This document shows, piece after piece, positions 1 to 9,608 of a DNA stretch of 64,000 nt. A program made the position numbers and the translations under genes. Source of the DNA: Candidatus Hydrogenedentota bacterium (GTDB lineage Bacteria; Hydrogenedentota; Hydrogenedentia; Hydrogenedentales; SLHB01). Every line of letters begins with the position of its first letter. Positions within the stretch are counted from its first letter, which is position 1. The notes below the pieces were generated by a model. It worked only from the letters and a program-made list of their open reading frames with translations. It was not told the origin of the DNA and made no database searches. The stretch covers positions 90,626 through 154,625 of the forward strand of contig BTWA01000011.1 in the NCBI GenBank assembly GCA_045863295.1. The letters are read 5' to 3'.

Positions 1-2
1 AA

Positions 3-386
3 AAGGCGATTGCGGTGTCGGTCAGTGAAAACGCGGTGAACTCGGCGACGCGTGATCCCCGGTTTGCTCCTGTCCGGAACGAAGAGATTGAGCATATTCG
101 CATTGAGATTTCGGCGTTGACGTTTGGGGATACACCGGAAACGCCATTCAAACGCGTGCAGGATATTGGGGAGATAGTGATAGGCCGGGACGGGTTGTTC
201 GTGGAGTGTCCGCCGCGACGGGGCGGGTTATTGTTGCCTCAAGTGGCCGTTGAGCGCGGCTGGGATGTGGCGACGTTTTTGTGCAATGTTTGCCGCAAGG
301 CGGGTTATCCGGACAATGCATGGCAACGGCCTGACGCGAGGCTGTTCCGATTTTCGGCACAGGTGTTCGGCGAAGAACCGGATTGA
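3..386 (+). CDS. AMMECR1-domain protein (AmmeMemoRadiSam protein A type), C-terminal part; 5' end outside window
   Basis: RDPRF..V...E...I.IEIS.LT, GRDGL, GLLLPQVAVE.GW...FL...C.KAG...AW motifs; frame open to the window edge. Confidence 0.9.
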   Translation, partial: KAIAVSVSENAVNSATRDPRFAPVRNEEIEHIRIEISALTFGDTPETPFKRVQDIGEIVIGRDGLFVECPPRRGGLLLPQVAVERGWDVATFLCNVCRKAGYPDNAWQRPDARLFRFSAQVFGEEPD

Positions 387-408
387 CTTCATAGGGAGGT
401 GTTTGTTC

Positions 409-1065
409 ATGGCGGGATGGCGCGCGACGGCCTTCGTTGTTGTTTGTCTATCCGTCAGCGCGAATGCATACGCGAAGGTGGCGAAGGTCCAATTAGATCG
501 GTTGGCGGCCGACGCCGATGTGATCGTCATCGCGACAGTTACGGGTATTGAGCGCGGCATCGGAGGGCGGATTGCCGAAGCGACGGTGGAAACCGTGGTG
601 AAAGGAGATGCGGAAATCGCCACCGTACATTATGTTGCTTCGCCCACGTGGGTATGCGATACGAGCGATGCGGTGAAAGGCGAACGTGTTTTGTTGTTCC
701 TGAATGACATCAAGAAGGAAGAGCCGGAGTGGTTCAGGCCGGTCACGCGCCTGAAGGCTCGGGCCCGCCAATTGACGCATTTCTACGAGATAGGTTGGCA
801 TGGACAAGGGCGGCTTGTGATTGATTCGAGCCAGAGTGCCGTAGAGCAGGCCGAATCGCATTTCGATGTGGATTTTGCCGCCTATCTGAAAGACCGGATT
901 GGGCAGGACGTGCACGATATACTTGCGTCCGTCTTAGGGGTGTTGGAGGCGATTGACCGCGATGGCATCGAGGGTCGTGCTTCCTTAATGGAGGGCGGAG
1001 AACCGACGCGTATTAACGCGCATGAATCGGGTGTGCCATCGGGCGACGCCGGAGGCGGAGAATGA
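409..1065 (+). CDS. Hypothetical exported protein
   Basis: AGGGAGG upstream of ATG 409; signal-peptide-like N-terminus (AFVVVCLSVSANAYA); stop overlaps the next start (ATGA). Confidence 0.65.
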   Translation: MAGWRATAFVVVCLSVSANAYAKVAKVQLDRLAADADVIVIATVTGIERGIGGRIAEATVETVVKGDAEIATVHYVASPTWVCDTSDAVKGERVLLFLNDIKKEEPEWFRPVTRLKARARQLTHFYEIGWHGQGRLVIDSSQSAVEQAESHFDVDFAAYLKDRIGQDVHDILASVLGVLEAIDRDGIEGRASLMEGGEPTRINAHESGVPSGDAGGGE

Positions 1066-2306
1066 CACCACTGTTCGCGGTATCCCTTGCCCTTAACTTT
1101 CTTGCAGCGCCCGAACCGGTTGTGCTTGCTACTGACGTGCCCGTTGGTTTCCCGCGCGCCTCGCAGGTGCGAGCGATTACGGAGGAGCCGAAGCACCATT
1201 TTTTTGGGTACTACGGGATTTTTCCCTGGAGCGCGAGCGGGCGTTACATGGTGTATCTGGAAACGACGTTTAGCGACCGGTTGGTGGAAGAGGTTGACCG
1301 GGCCGGGATTGTGCTGCATGACGTGCAATCCGGCGAGCGCAAGACTATAGCCGAAACGGGGGCGTGGAATTTTCAGCAGGGGGCGTTGGCTCACTGGATC
1401 GGGAATACCGACCGCATCGTGTACAACGATCGTGTGGACGGCGTTGTGGTGTCGGTGGTGCTTGATGTGGGTACCGGGCGCAAGCGAACGTTGCCGCGTC
1501 CGATTGCGGCGGTGTCCCCGGACGGGCGCACGGCGGCCTCGATAAATTATGCGCGGTTACGCGTGACGCGGCCTGACTATGGGTATGCGGGCGAGGGCAA
1601 TGCGTATGCCGGTGAGGTTGCGCCCGCGGATGACGGCCTTTGGATATTCGATTTGGAGACCGGCGAATCGAAGATGGTGGTTTCATTGAAGCAGGTGTTT
1701 GATTTTGCCACGCCGGAACGGCAGAGCAGTGAGGACTTGTTCTGGTTCAATCACATTTTGTTCAGCCGTGACGGGGAACGGATCTTTTTTCTGGGGCGTA
1801 CCCGGCATCAGTTGGGGCCGTTGAAGACCGCGGCGTTTACCGTAGGGTTGGATGGCGGCGAATTGCGCTGTCTGTTTCCTTACGCGTGGGGAGCTTCGCA
1901 TTTCGACTGGATTGACGGGAAGCGCATCATGGCGACCACGCGCTATCAAGGGGAGTCTCCTTGGCGGCATGTGCTTGTGACCGATGGGAGCGCAGACTAC
2001 ACGGTGATAGCGCCGGATTTGCTTTCGGCTGATGGCCATGGTCATTTTTCGCCGGATGGGCGGTGGATGGTAACGGATTCGTATCCGGATAAGGAACGCT
2101 ATCAACATTTGTACCTTGTGCGGATGGAAGACAATACGGGAGTTGAAATTGCGAAGTTTCAGGAGCCTGTCGAGTACAAGGGCTTCTGGCGTTGCGATCT
2201 GCACCCGCGCTGGAGCCGTGATGGGAAGCGGCTGTGCATCGACTCGACGCACTCGGGCACGCGGCAGGTTTACGTCGTCGAATTGGATTGGCCTACGAGC
2301 CCATGA
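1062..2306 (+). CDS. Secreted TolB/oligogalacturonate-lyase-like beta-propeller protein
   Basis: Signal peptide; repeated WSASG/SPDG/FSRDG/FSPDG blades; HHFFGYY, AWNFQQG and RCDLHPRWSRDG motifs. Confidence 0.75.
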   Translation: MTPLFAVSLALNFLAAPEPVVLATDVPVGFPRASQVRAITEEPKHHFFGYYGIFPWSASGRYMVYLETTFSDRLVEEVDRAGIVLHDVQSGERKTIAETGAWNFQQGALAHWIGNTDRIVYNDRVDGVVVSVVLDVGTGRKRTLPRPIAAVSPDGRTAASINYARLRVTRPDYGYAGEGNAYAGEVAPADDGLWIFDLETGESKMVVSLKQVFDFATPERQSSEDLFWFNHILFSRDGERIFFLGRTRHQLGPLKTAAFTVGLDGGELRCLFPYAWGASHFDWIDGKRIMATTRYQGESPWRHVLVTDGSADYTVIAPDLLSADGHGHFSPDGRWMVTDSYPDKERYQHLYLVRMEDNTGVEIAKFQEPVEYKGFWRCDLHPRWSRDGKRLCIDSTHSGTRQVYVVELDWPTSP

Positions 2307-2649
2307 TGGGGCGCTCAAACTCCTGGCCGCAGTAGAGGCATTTCCAGTGTTTTGAATTGGAGACGCGGTTGCAGGAGGGGCACCGCATGCCGACTTCGGT
2401 GAGCCGGCCGTCCTGGACGCCGTCCCGGAGATCGATTTCAGCGGCCTTTTGTTCCAATTCGGCGTCGGTTACATTAAGTTTTTCGCGCAGCAATTCCCAG
2501 AGCGCTTGATTCAGTAGCATGAGCCGTTGCACCTGGTGTTGCAATTCGCGCATTTGGCTTGCCGTTGATTGAATTTGCGAGCTCTCGTCGATTCGAACCC
2601 TGGGATTTGGGGCGATATTTTCCGAACCGTTCATCCATAGATTGATCAT
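2293..2649 (-). CDS. Small coiled-coil protein with C-terminal zinc ribbon
   Basis: GAAGGA RBS before ATG 2649; helical segment, IDLRDG..DG, then CPSC-x9-CLYCG. Confidence 0.75.
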   Translation of the reverse strand: MINLWMNGSENIAPNPRVRIDESSQIQSTASQMRELQHQVQRLMLLNQALWELLREKLNVTDAELEQKAAEIDLRDGVQDGRLTEVGMRCPSCNRVSNSKHWKCLYCGQEFERPIMGS

Positions 2650-2688
2650 AGGATTCCTTCCCTCGCGGCCAGCGTGGCGGCGGCGTCT

Positions 2689-2750
2689 ATTGTAGGCGTG
2701 GGTTGCTTCGGGGGCAAGCCTTGACAGGATATTCGCCCGGGGCATAGGCT
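2689..2750. promoter_or_regulatory. Back-to-back divergent sigma70-type promoters
   Basis: Plus strand TTGACA(2721)-N18-TAGGCT; minus strand TTGCCC(2717)-N17-TACAAT. Confidence 0.5.
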
Positions 2751-2826
2751 TATGGGATTCGGGGGGGACTGCTCACGAGTACGTGGGCTGGCGGCTTTCT
2801 GGATTTCGACACGACCCGGACACAGC

Positions 2827-3948
2827 ATGACATTGCTTACCGATCACCATACGGCGCGAGCGGATTCGGATTTGGATTACCAGAACCGGATTCTGGTGGA
2901 TGTTTCGCGCACGTTTGCGTTGACGATTCCTCAATTGCCAGGCCGTTTGCGGACCGTGGTGGGCAATGCGTATCTGCTTTGCCGTTTGGCGGATACGATA
3001 GAGGATTCTGAGGTGTTGACGCTGGCAGAAAAGCGTCATTTCTACGATTTATTTGGCGCTGTGCTGAGTGGCCGGTGCGCGGCGGAGTCGTTTGCGGCCG
3101 ACCTTGCGCCTTGCCTTGGGGGATCGGTGATTCCGGGCGAAGTGGATCTCGTGCGAAACACTCCGCGTGTGATTCACGTATTTCAGACGTTCACGGAGGC
3201 GGAACAAGGGGCGCTGCAACGATGCGTGCGGATTATGGCGGAAGGCATGGAGGCGTTCCAGAAGGGCCGTTATTCGGACGGGCTGCCCAATCTTGCGTAT
3301 CTCGACGCGTATTGTTATCACGTAGCGGGCGTTGTGGGCGAGATGTTGACGGAGCTATTTTGCGCGTATTCGCCCGCCATTGCGGAGCGCCGCGAGGCGC
3401 TGATGCAACGGGCGGTTTCCTTTGGGCAAGGGCTTCAGATGACCAATATTCTGAAGGACATTCACGAGGACAAGCAGCGCGAAATGTGTTGGCTTCCGAA
3501 GGACGTATTTCAAAACGAAGGTTTTGAGTTGTGCGATCTTTCGAATGGTCCGGGCGACAAGCGGTTTCACAAGGGGCTGCGGATGTTGGCGGGGATGGCC
3601 CATGGCCATCTGGAAAATGCGCTGGACTACACGCTTTTGATTCCGAACAACGAGACCGGCATACGGAAGTTTTGCATATGGGCGATCAGTATGGCGGTGT
3701 TGACGCTTCGCAGGATACATGGGAATCCTGCATACCGTTCCGGCGCGGAGGTCAAGATTACCCGTAACAGCGTGCGGGTGACGATGTTGACGACGACGAT
3801 GATCGTGCGCAGCGATCCACTTCTTCGCCTTGGGATGAAGGTTTCCTCGCTGGGTCTGCCGAAAATCCGTGTGGAGGCGCAATTGGGCGATTCGGTGCGT
3901 CATCCAGGCCCGGCGGCTACGCCGGATAGGGTTCATCCCCTGCCATGA
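2827..3948 (+). CDS. Squalene synthase (squalene/phytoene synthase family)
   Basis: VSRTFALTI, YLLCRLADTIED, YCYHVAGVVG, FGQGLQMTNILKDI..D, WLP and RKFC motifs. Confidence 0.85.
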   Translation: MTLLTDHHTARADSDLDYQNRILVDVSRTFALTIPQLPGRLRTVVGNAYLLCRLADTIEDSEVLTLAEKRHFYDLFGAVLSGRCAAESFAADLAPCLGGSVIPGEVDLVRNTPRVIHVFQTFTEAEQGALQRCVRIMAEGMEAFQKGRYSDGLPNLAYLDAYCYHVAGVVGEMLTELFCAYSPAIAERREALMQRAVSFGQGLQMTNILKDIHEDKQREMCWLPKDVFQNEGFELCDLSNGPGDKRFHKGLRMLAGMAHGHLENALDYTLLIPNNETGIRKFCIWAISMAVLTLRRIHGNPAYRSGAEVKITRNSVRVTMLTTTMIVRSDPLLRLGMKVSSLGLPKIRVEAQLGDSVRHPGPAATPDRVHPLP

Positions 3949-4742
3949 GCGCGGTTCGAGAGCGCTATGTTTCAGAGATTTTCCAGTATGAGCGGGAAGG
4001 CTACGCCATTTTCAGGAACGTGCTCGACGCGGGACTCATTGCGGAGGCGCGGCGGCACAACGACTGGTTGTTGGAGCGCAATCCCGGTGTGCGGCCGGAA
4101 CAGTCGCATCATTATTTAATGACGCGCGACCCATTTTGGGTACGTTTGGTGAGCGACGAGCGGCTGCTGGACATCGCCGAGTTGTTTGTGGGGCCGAATC
4201 TGGCGTTGTTTGGTTCGCATTATATCAGCAAGCGGCCACGGGACGGTCAGGCGGTTTTGTGGCATCAAGACGGTTCGTACTGGCCGCTGGAGCCGATGGA
4301 GGTGGTCTCGCTTTGGCTGGCCGTGGATGCGTCCACGCCGGAGAACGGGTGCATGCGCGTGATACCTGGCACGCAGCAGGTGGCGCTGCAGTCGCTACAT
4401 GAGCGCAAGGACGTGGACAACGTGTTGGGATCGGGGATGGACGAACGGCTGGTGGATGAATCCAAGGCCGTCGACCTCGTACTTAAGCCCGGTGATGTGT
4501 CGGTACATCATCCAAATGTCATTCACGGTTCCAATGCGAATCTTTCCACCAAGTGGCGGCGCAGCCTTACGATTCGATACATTCCGACCACGACCCGGAT
4601 ATTGCTGAAGAAGGGCGAGGGGATTCACCCGAGCGCTTTCCACTTGCGTGGCGAGGACCCGGGGTTGAACGAATACAATCCTCGACCGGACTATGTGCCG
4701 GGGGCGTGCATGCCATTTGAAGGCTGCGACCGCTGGAAGTAG
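3945..4742 (+). CDS. PhyH-family Fe(II)/2-oxoglutarate dioxygenase
   Basis: WHQDGSYW (HxD), WLAVD..T.ENGCM.VIPG, distal IHGS..N....RR. Confidence 0.9.
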   Translation: MSAVRERYVSEIFQYEREGYAIFRNVLDAGLIAEARRHNDWLLERNPGVRPEQSHHYLMTRDPFWVRLVSDERLLDIAELFVGPNLALFGSHYISKRPRDGQAVLWHQDGSYWPLEPMEVVSLWLAVDASTPENGCMRVIPGTQQVALQSLHERKDVDNVLGSGMDERLVDESKAVDLVLKPGDVSVHHPNVIHGSNANLSTKWRRSLTIRYIPTTTRILLKKGEGIHPSAFHLRGEDPGLNEYNPRPDYVPGACMPFEGCDRWK

Positions 4743-4789
4743 CGCTTTTCGGCAATGGCCTCGGGACAACCAATCAACACAGGTACATC

Positions 4790-5206
4790 ATGATACGATA
4801 CACAACATCCGTTGACGAGATACGAGCGGACCAGTTGCAGGGGTTTTTCAAGGGATGGCAGAGCGCTCCGCCGCCGGAAACGCATCTTCAGATTTTGCGG
4901 AACAGCACCCATGTGGTGATAGCCGTTGACGACAATTCCGATCGGGTCGTGGGGTTTATTAATTGTCTTTCCGATGGTGTTTTGTCTGCTTACATTCCAT
5001 TGCTTGAGGTTTTGGATGAGTATCGCGGGCACGGGGTTGGCGCGGAGTTGTTCAAGCGTTTGATGGAACGAGTGGGCAAGCTTTATATGATCGATTGCAT
5101 TTGTGATGCGATGTTGCAGCCGTTTTACGTGCGACTTGGGATGCGTCCCGCGACGGGGATGATGATTCGGAATTACGAGCGTCAGCGGGGCGCGCCGGGG
5201 TCGTGA
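4790..5206 (+). CDS. GNAT-family N-acetyltransferase
   Basis: VLDEYRGHGVG acetyl-CoA motif A; PFY..LG. Confidence 0.9.
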   Translation: MIRYTTSVDEIRADQLQGFFKGWQSAPPPETHLQILRNSTHVVIAVDDNSDRVVGFINCLSDGVLSAYIPLLEVLDEYRGHGVGAELFKRLMERVGKLYMIDCICDAMLQPFYVRLGMRPATGMMIRNYERQRGAPGS

Positions 5207-5237
5207 ACGGGATGCGAAAAAGGGTGATTCATTTTGG

Positions 5238-5274
5238 GGCAAAACCACGTAGTAGTGTAGTTTTGCCTTAATTT
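5238..5274 (+). terminator. Possible intrinsic terminator after the GNAT gene
   Basis: GGCAAAAC...GTTTTGCC stem followed by TTAATTT. Confidence 0.4.
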
Positions 5275-5290
5275 ATGCGGATGTCTTCTA

Positions 5291-5330
5291 TTGACAGAGT
5301 GCTGTAGGGTGTCTAGAATTCAGGTATAAT
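5291..5330 (+). promoter_or_regulatory. Near-consensus sigma70 promoter
   Basis: TTGACA(5291)-N17-TAGAAT(5314); a second TATAAT at 5325. Confidence 0.75.
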
Positions 5331-5405
5331 GTCCAGTAGTACCCGTTCGAACGCGATGAATCTTGCGGCGTTGGCGGCATTGGGTTGGTGACTCGATGGC
5401 GGGTT

Positions 5406-5579
5406 ATGATGTCTACGGCGTTCTATTTGATCATCATGCTGGGCATAATCGCCTTTGTGACGCTGGTCGCCGTACCGTCGTTATTGTGGACCAGGTGCCG
5501 GGAATGTGGGTATCGGAATTCGCTGGATGCGTTGAGGTGCACGAAATGCGGCCGGCCGTTATCGGGCAACACGCCGTGA
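5406..5579 (+). CDS. Small (57 aa) single-TM protein with zinc ribbon
   Basis: Hydrophobic N-terminal helix followed by CREC-x10-CTKCG..L. Confidence 0.7.
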   Translation: MMSTAFYLIIMLGIIAFVTLVAVPSLLWTRCRECGYRNSLDALRCTKCGRPLSGNTP

Positions 5580-5617
5580 GGGTCTGGATTCCGGCCGCCA
5601 ACCGTGAGGTGTGAGTT

Positions 5618-7213
5618 GTGGCCAATATGAGCAATTGCCCGTATTGCGGGAAACTGACTGACTTGCAGTTGGACAGTTGCGTTCACTGCGGCGGGTTTCT
5701 CAAGAAGCAGGCGGGCCGCCCGGGCCGCCCGGGAGCGCAGACGAGTCAGACGTGTCCGTCCTGCGGGGCATTGGTTCGGGAGGGGGACATCATTTGTGTC
5801 GCTTGCGGCACGAATTTACTCACCGGTCAGAAGATAGCGGACGAGAAGAAGGCGGCACCTTCGGGGGGAGGACCTTCGGTCTTGCCTGTGCTGCTTGGGC
5901 TTTTGGCGATAGTATTGCTGGTGGTCGTGGGTGCACTGGCGTACTTTGTATTCTTCCGGGATCCTGTTTCGCGTGCGCAATCCCTTCGTGAAGAGGGGAA
6001 GCTGTCCGAGGCGGTGAAGTTGCTTGAAGACGAGATTCAACGCAAGCCCGATCATGCGAAGGCGCACATGGAACTGGGCAAGGTGTATTGGGCAGCGAAT
6101 GACTATGCGAAAGCGGGAGCGTCGTTCGAGAAAGTCTATCGCGTGCAGAGCGCGAATCTGGATGCGGCGTGGTTTGCAGTATTGGGCTATGCCAATTCTC
6201 AGGCGGCCAATGCTCAGGACAGTGTTGCCGCGGTATTGGAATTGATACTGACGAACGAACCGGGTAATCAGGAGGCCCGTTATCTTCTGGCGTCTGTTCG
6301 CGGGAATCAGGGACGCTACGGGGAGCAGGCAAAGGCGCTTGACCAGATGCTTGCGGCGAATCCGAACAACGCGAAGTTCCGGCGATCACTGGGCATTGCG
6401 AATGTATTGGACGGCAACGCGGCTCGAGGCGAAGCGGTGTTGCAGCAGTCCGTTGTGGCGGATGGCAACGATGCCAACGCAAAGGCGGCGCTAGGCGTTG
6501 CGCAGGCAATGCAGGGCAAGCTTGCCGATGCGCGGGCGCAATTGCAGGAGGCGATCAACGGCAATACGTCGGTGTTGCCGCAGGCGTTGACGGAGTTGGG
6601 GATATTGCTGGCGGCCGATGGCAAGTTCGGCGAGGCGCTTCCGCTTTTGAACGATGCGGTGGCGAAGGGCGAGGCGTCGCCCGCGGCGAAATATTTCCGG
6701 GCGGTGTGCATGGCACGGCAGCGGCAAGGGGAGCAGGCGCTGACGGAATTCGAGTCGTTGATTCGCGCGAAGGGTCCGTTTGCGACGCAGGCGGCCGCGC
6801 AATCCGGCTTAATTCAATTGGAAAAGGGCGATGCGGACGCCGCATTGCGCGCGGTTGATAGCGCTCCCACGGGCGGGGATCCGTCTGGCGAGGCTGAGTT
6901 GCAGACGGTACGGGGCCGCGCCCATCTTGCGTTGGGGAACCCATCGGGGGCGATGGAAGCATTTCGCAACGCAATGAAGGCGGACGAGAGCTACGCGCCG
7001 GCCCAATTGGAAATGGGCCTTGCGCTTTTGCAGGCCCAGCAAATGGATGAAGGGATGCGGCGGCTGGAACGGTATTTGAGCCTGGTGAATGCCCAGGACT
7101 CCTCCACGGGCGCTTCCGAAATACAGGCATTGCTTGATCAGTTGCGCAAGACGACCGCCCGGGGAGCCACGGCGGTAGGCAGGGCTGAAACGCAAACGGA
7201 AAGGGGGCTGTAA
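5618..7213 (+). CDS. Double zinc-ribbon / single TM / TPR-repeat protein
   Basis: CPYC..CVHC and CPSC..CVAC; TM VLPVLLGLLAIVLLVVVGALAYFVFF; many A...LG..Y...A TPR units. Confidence 0.85.
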   Translation: MANMSNCPYCGKLTDLQLDSCVHCGGFLKKQAGRPGRPGAQTSQTCPSCGALVREGDIICVACGTNLLTGQKIADEKKAAPSGGGPSVLPVLLGLLAIVLLVVVGALAYFVFFRDPVSRAQSLREEGKLSEAVKLLEDEIQRKPDHAKAHMELGKVYWAANDYAKAGASFEKVYRVQSANLDAAWFAVLGYANSQAANAQDSVAAVLELILTNEPGNQEARYLLASVRGNQGRYGEQAKALDQMLAANPNNAKFRRSLGIANVLDGNAARGEAVLQQSVVADGNDANAKAALGVAQAMQGKLADARAQLQEAINGNTSVLPQALTELGILLAADGKFGEALPLLNDAVAKGEASPAAKYFRAVCMARQRQGEQALTEFESLIRAKGPFATQAAAQSGLIQLEKGDADAALRAVDSAPTGGDPSGEAELQTVRGRAHLALGNPSGAMEAFRNAMKADESYAPAQLEMGLALLQAQQMDEGMRRLERYLSLVNAQDSSTGASEIQALLDQLRKTTARGATAVGRAETQTERGL

Positions 7214-8664
7214 TGGTACGGCCACGTTGGATAGTCACCGCGTTAGTGTCCGTGGTTTTGGGGACGGGCGTTGCCCACGCGTGGGGCCCCTTGGGCGACT
7301 CCGCGGTGGTGAGTGCGGGTGTGCGTCTGGTAGCGGACGACACGAAAATCCCCCTGCAGAACTTGATGCGTGACATTCAGGCGGGTTCATCGGTGGGATC
7401 ACAGGAGATGGTTCGGCTGATACCGAATGCCGATGTATCGCCGATATCCGCGATCGAGTCGGAGATGCATTTACTGCGTGCGGTACGAGGGGATCGGGTG
7501 GATCCGTATTTCGCTTACCGGCTGGGCGTATTGGGCAAACTGGTGGCGGGCGTCACGACGCCGCTGGTGACTTCAGAATCGCCGGTTAAGAACGTGTACC
7601 TCGCGGACGTTGAAAAAAACATTACGAAAGTTCGCGTGGATTCGTCGACGCGGGCGGAGGTGTCTCCGGCCACGTATTTCCCGAACGTGATTCAACAGGC
7701 GAACATTGACGCGGACATGTTGATTCGTGACTACGAGGGCGGGCTTGGGTTTGACGGGATCGCCAAGGCATCTCTCGCGGAAGACGCAAGCCGGTCGGTG
7801 AATGCGGTGGCCGACGTATTGTATACGGTGCTGAAAGACCGGGCAGTCGTGGCCACGGTATCTCAGAATCAGACCCGGGACTATTACCTGCTTGCGTTGG
7901 AGTTTTTTTTGAAGCGGGGCAACGAGAAGGAAGCGGAGTTGGTCCATGCGAAGTTGCTATCCGTGGACTCCGGATCTCCCGATTTGCACAAGCAAGTGGG
8001 CGATTTGTATTTCTCCGCCAAGTTGTATGAGCGAGGTGTCGCCGAATACGAGCGTGTACTTGCGTTGCAACCGGAGCGGCGCGACGTGGTGGAGCGGCTT
8101 GCGCAGCACTATTTGAGCGTTGGCGACAAGGAAATCGAGGATGGAAATCTCGAAGCCGCGGAGGAGGCGTATGCCAAGGCGGCAGCGACGGACAAATTAA
8201 ATCCGGACACGACGTCCAAATTGATGAAGACGCGGACGCAGCGGGCGGATCGCGATATGCGCATGACGTCAGCGTCTTCCGCGATTGAACAGGCGGCGGA
8301 GTTGACCGCGCAGGCCGAGCAGTTTGCCTTTAACCGGCAATTCGGCGAAGCGATGCAGAAGCTGACGGAGGCGCAGGGACTGTATCAATCGGTAGGTACT
8401 GAATTTCCCGAACTGGCGAGGGAATCGCGGAATGGGTTGTTCACCATTCAGACGGAGATGGACAAACTGCGTTCCGATCTGGTGAATTCGGCGCCTTCGC
8501 TTTCGGGATTGGGGCGTGACGCCGGTGTGCGCAAGCTTGCGGTCACGACCGCGGGCGAGGTGGGCGCCAGCACGTTGCAGGCGATCGTGAAATCGGAATA
8601 TGACGCGGAGATTGACCGTTTGAAGCAGCAGTATGAGCCGGCGATAATCAGTGCCGGCCGTTAG
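7213..8664 (+). CDS. Secreted protein: degenerate Zn-phospholipase C/P1-nuclease-like N-domain plus TPR
   Basis: Signal peptide ending AHA|WG; AYRLGVLGKLVAG...PL; TPR units (GDLYF...Y..G...Y..VL.L.P); TAATG overlap with upstream gene. Confidence 0.7.
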   Translation: MVRPRWIVTALVSVVLGTGVAHAWGPLGDSAVVSAGVRLVADDTKIPLQNLMRDIQAGSSVGSQEMVRLIPNADVSPISAIESEMHLLRAVRGDRVDPYFAYRLGVLGKLVAGVTTPLVTSESPVKNVYLADVEKNITKVRVDSSTRAEVSPATYFPNVIQQANIDADMLIRDYEGGLGFDGIAKASLAEDASRSVNAVADVLYTVLKDRAVVATVSQNQTRDYYLLALEFFLKRGNEKEAELVHAKLLSVDSGSPDLHKQVGDLYFSAKLYERGVAEYERVLALQPERRDVVERLAQHYLSVGDKEIEDGNLEAAEEAYAKAAATDKLNPDTTSKLMKTRTQRADRDMRMTSASSAIEQAAELTAQAEQFAFNRQFGEAMQKLTEAQGLYQSVGTEFPELARESRNGLFTIQTEMDKLRSDLVNSAPSLSGLGRDAGVRKLAVTTAGEVGASTLQAIVKSEYDAEIDRLKQQYEPAIISAGR

Positions 8665-8685
8665 GTGTTTTGACGCGCGGATTTG

Positions 8686-8721
8686 GGCCGTCCGGCCGGT
8701 GGCTGGACGGCCTTTACTTTT
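8686..8721 (+). terminator. Intrinsic terminator
   Basis: GGCCGTCCGGCC-ggt-GGCTGGACGGCC followed by TTTACTTTT. Confidence 0.8.
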
Positions 8722-8845
8722 GCAGGCTACTCTTCTCCTGAGTCGATGCCTTTTTTGAATTATCCAGCCGTCGTATGGTACGCTTCAGCGACCTGTGTTC
8801 TGACCGCATTCTACGTTCGGCAATTGGGTGCCGTCCCCGGTTTTT

Positions 8846-9595
8846 ATGCACAAACCCCTGATTTTAGTGACGAACGACGATGGCATCCAGGCGCCCGGAT
8901 TGGCGGCGCTCGCGGAATCATTAGGCCGCGTCGGCGACGTATGGGTGTATGCCCCTGACCGGCAACAGAGTGCGGTGAGCCATTGTGTGTCGCTTCACCG
9001 GCCATTGCGCGTGCAGCAGATCAGGGACCAGTGGTTCATGGTTGACGGCACGCCGACAGATTGCGTGATGTTGGCCGTTCGGGACCTATTGCATGCGCGC
9101 CCCGATTTGGTGGTATCCGGCGTCAATACGGGGGCCAACCTTGGCGACGACGTCATATATTCCGGCACGGTGGCCGGTGCGTTCGAGGGCATGTTGCTTG
9201 GGTTGCCGGCCGTTGCCGTATCGGATGTTTCGTACAAGCCTCGGTATTTGGAGACCGCCGCACGCGTGGGCGCGGAGATCGCGGAGCGGGTGCTGGCGGG
9301 CGGATTGCCGCCGGAAACCGTGCTGAATGTAAATGTGCCGGACGTTCCTTTCGAGGAATTGAAGGGGCAGCGAGTAACGCGCATGGGCCGGCGGAATTAC
9401 CCCGACGATATCATCGAGCGGGAGGATCCGCGCGGGGGAAAGTATTTCTGGATCGGGGGCGCTGAGCCCGGCTTTGTGAGCGAGCCGGGGACGGATTTTG
9501 AGGCCATTGACCAAGGCTGTGTGAGTGTGACGCCTTTGCAGCGGGACATGACGAATCACGCGGCTTTGACGGCACTGCACCGATGGGTGCGGTAG
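8846..9595 (+). CDS. surE: 5'/3'-nucleotidase SurE
   Basis: ILVTNDDG..APG, GTPTDCV, PDLVVSGVN.G.NLG.D..YSGTVAGA.EG. Confidence 0.97.
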   Translation: MHKPLILVTNDDGIQAPGLAALAESLGRVGDVWVYAPDRQQSAVSHCVSLHRPLRVQQIRDQWFMVDGTPTDCVMLAVRDLLHARPDLVVSGVNTGANLGDDVIYSGTVAGAFEGMLLGLPAVAVSDVSYKPRYLETAARVGAEIAERVLAGGLPPETVLNVNVPDVPFEELKGQRVTRMGRRNYPDDIIEREDPRGGKYFWIGGAEPGFVSEPGTDFEAIDQGCVSVTPLQRDMTNHAALTALHRWVR

Positions 9596-9608
9596 GAGAA
9601 CGCGCCCG

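Noticed and set aside
5243..5260. NrdR-box-like sequence
   Set aside because: Several core mismatches, single copy, no ribonucleotide reductase gene nearby
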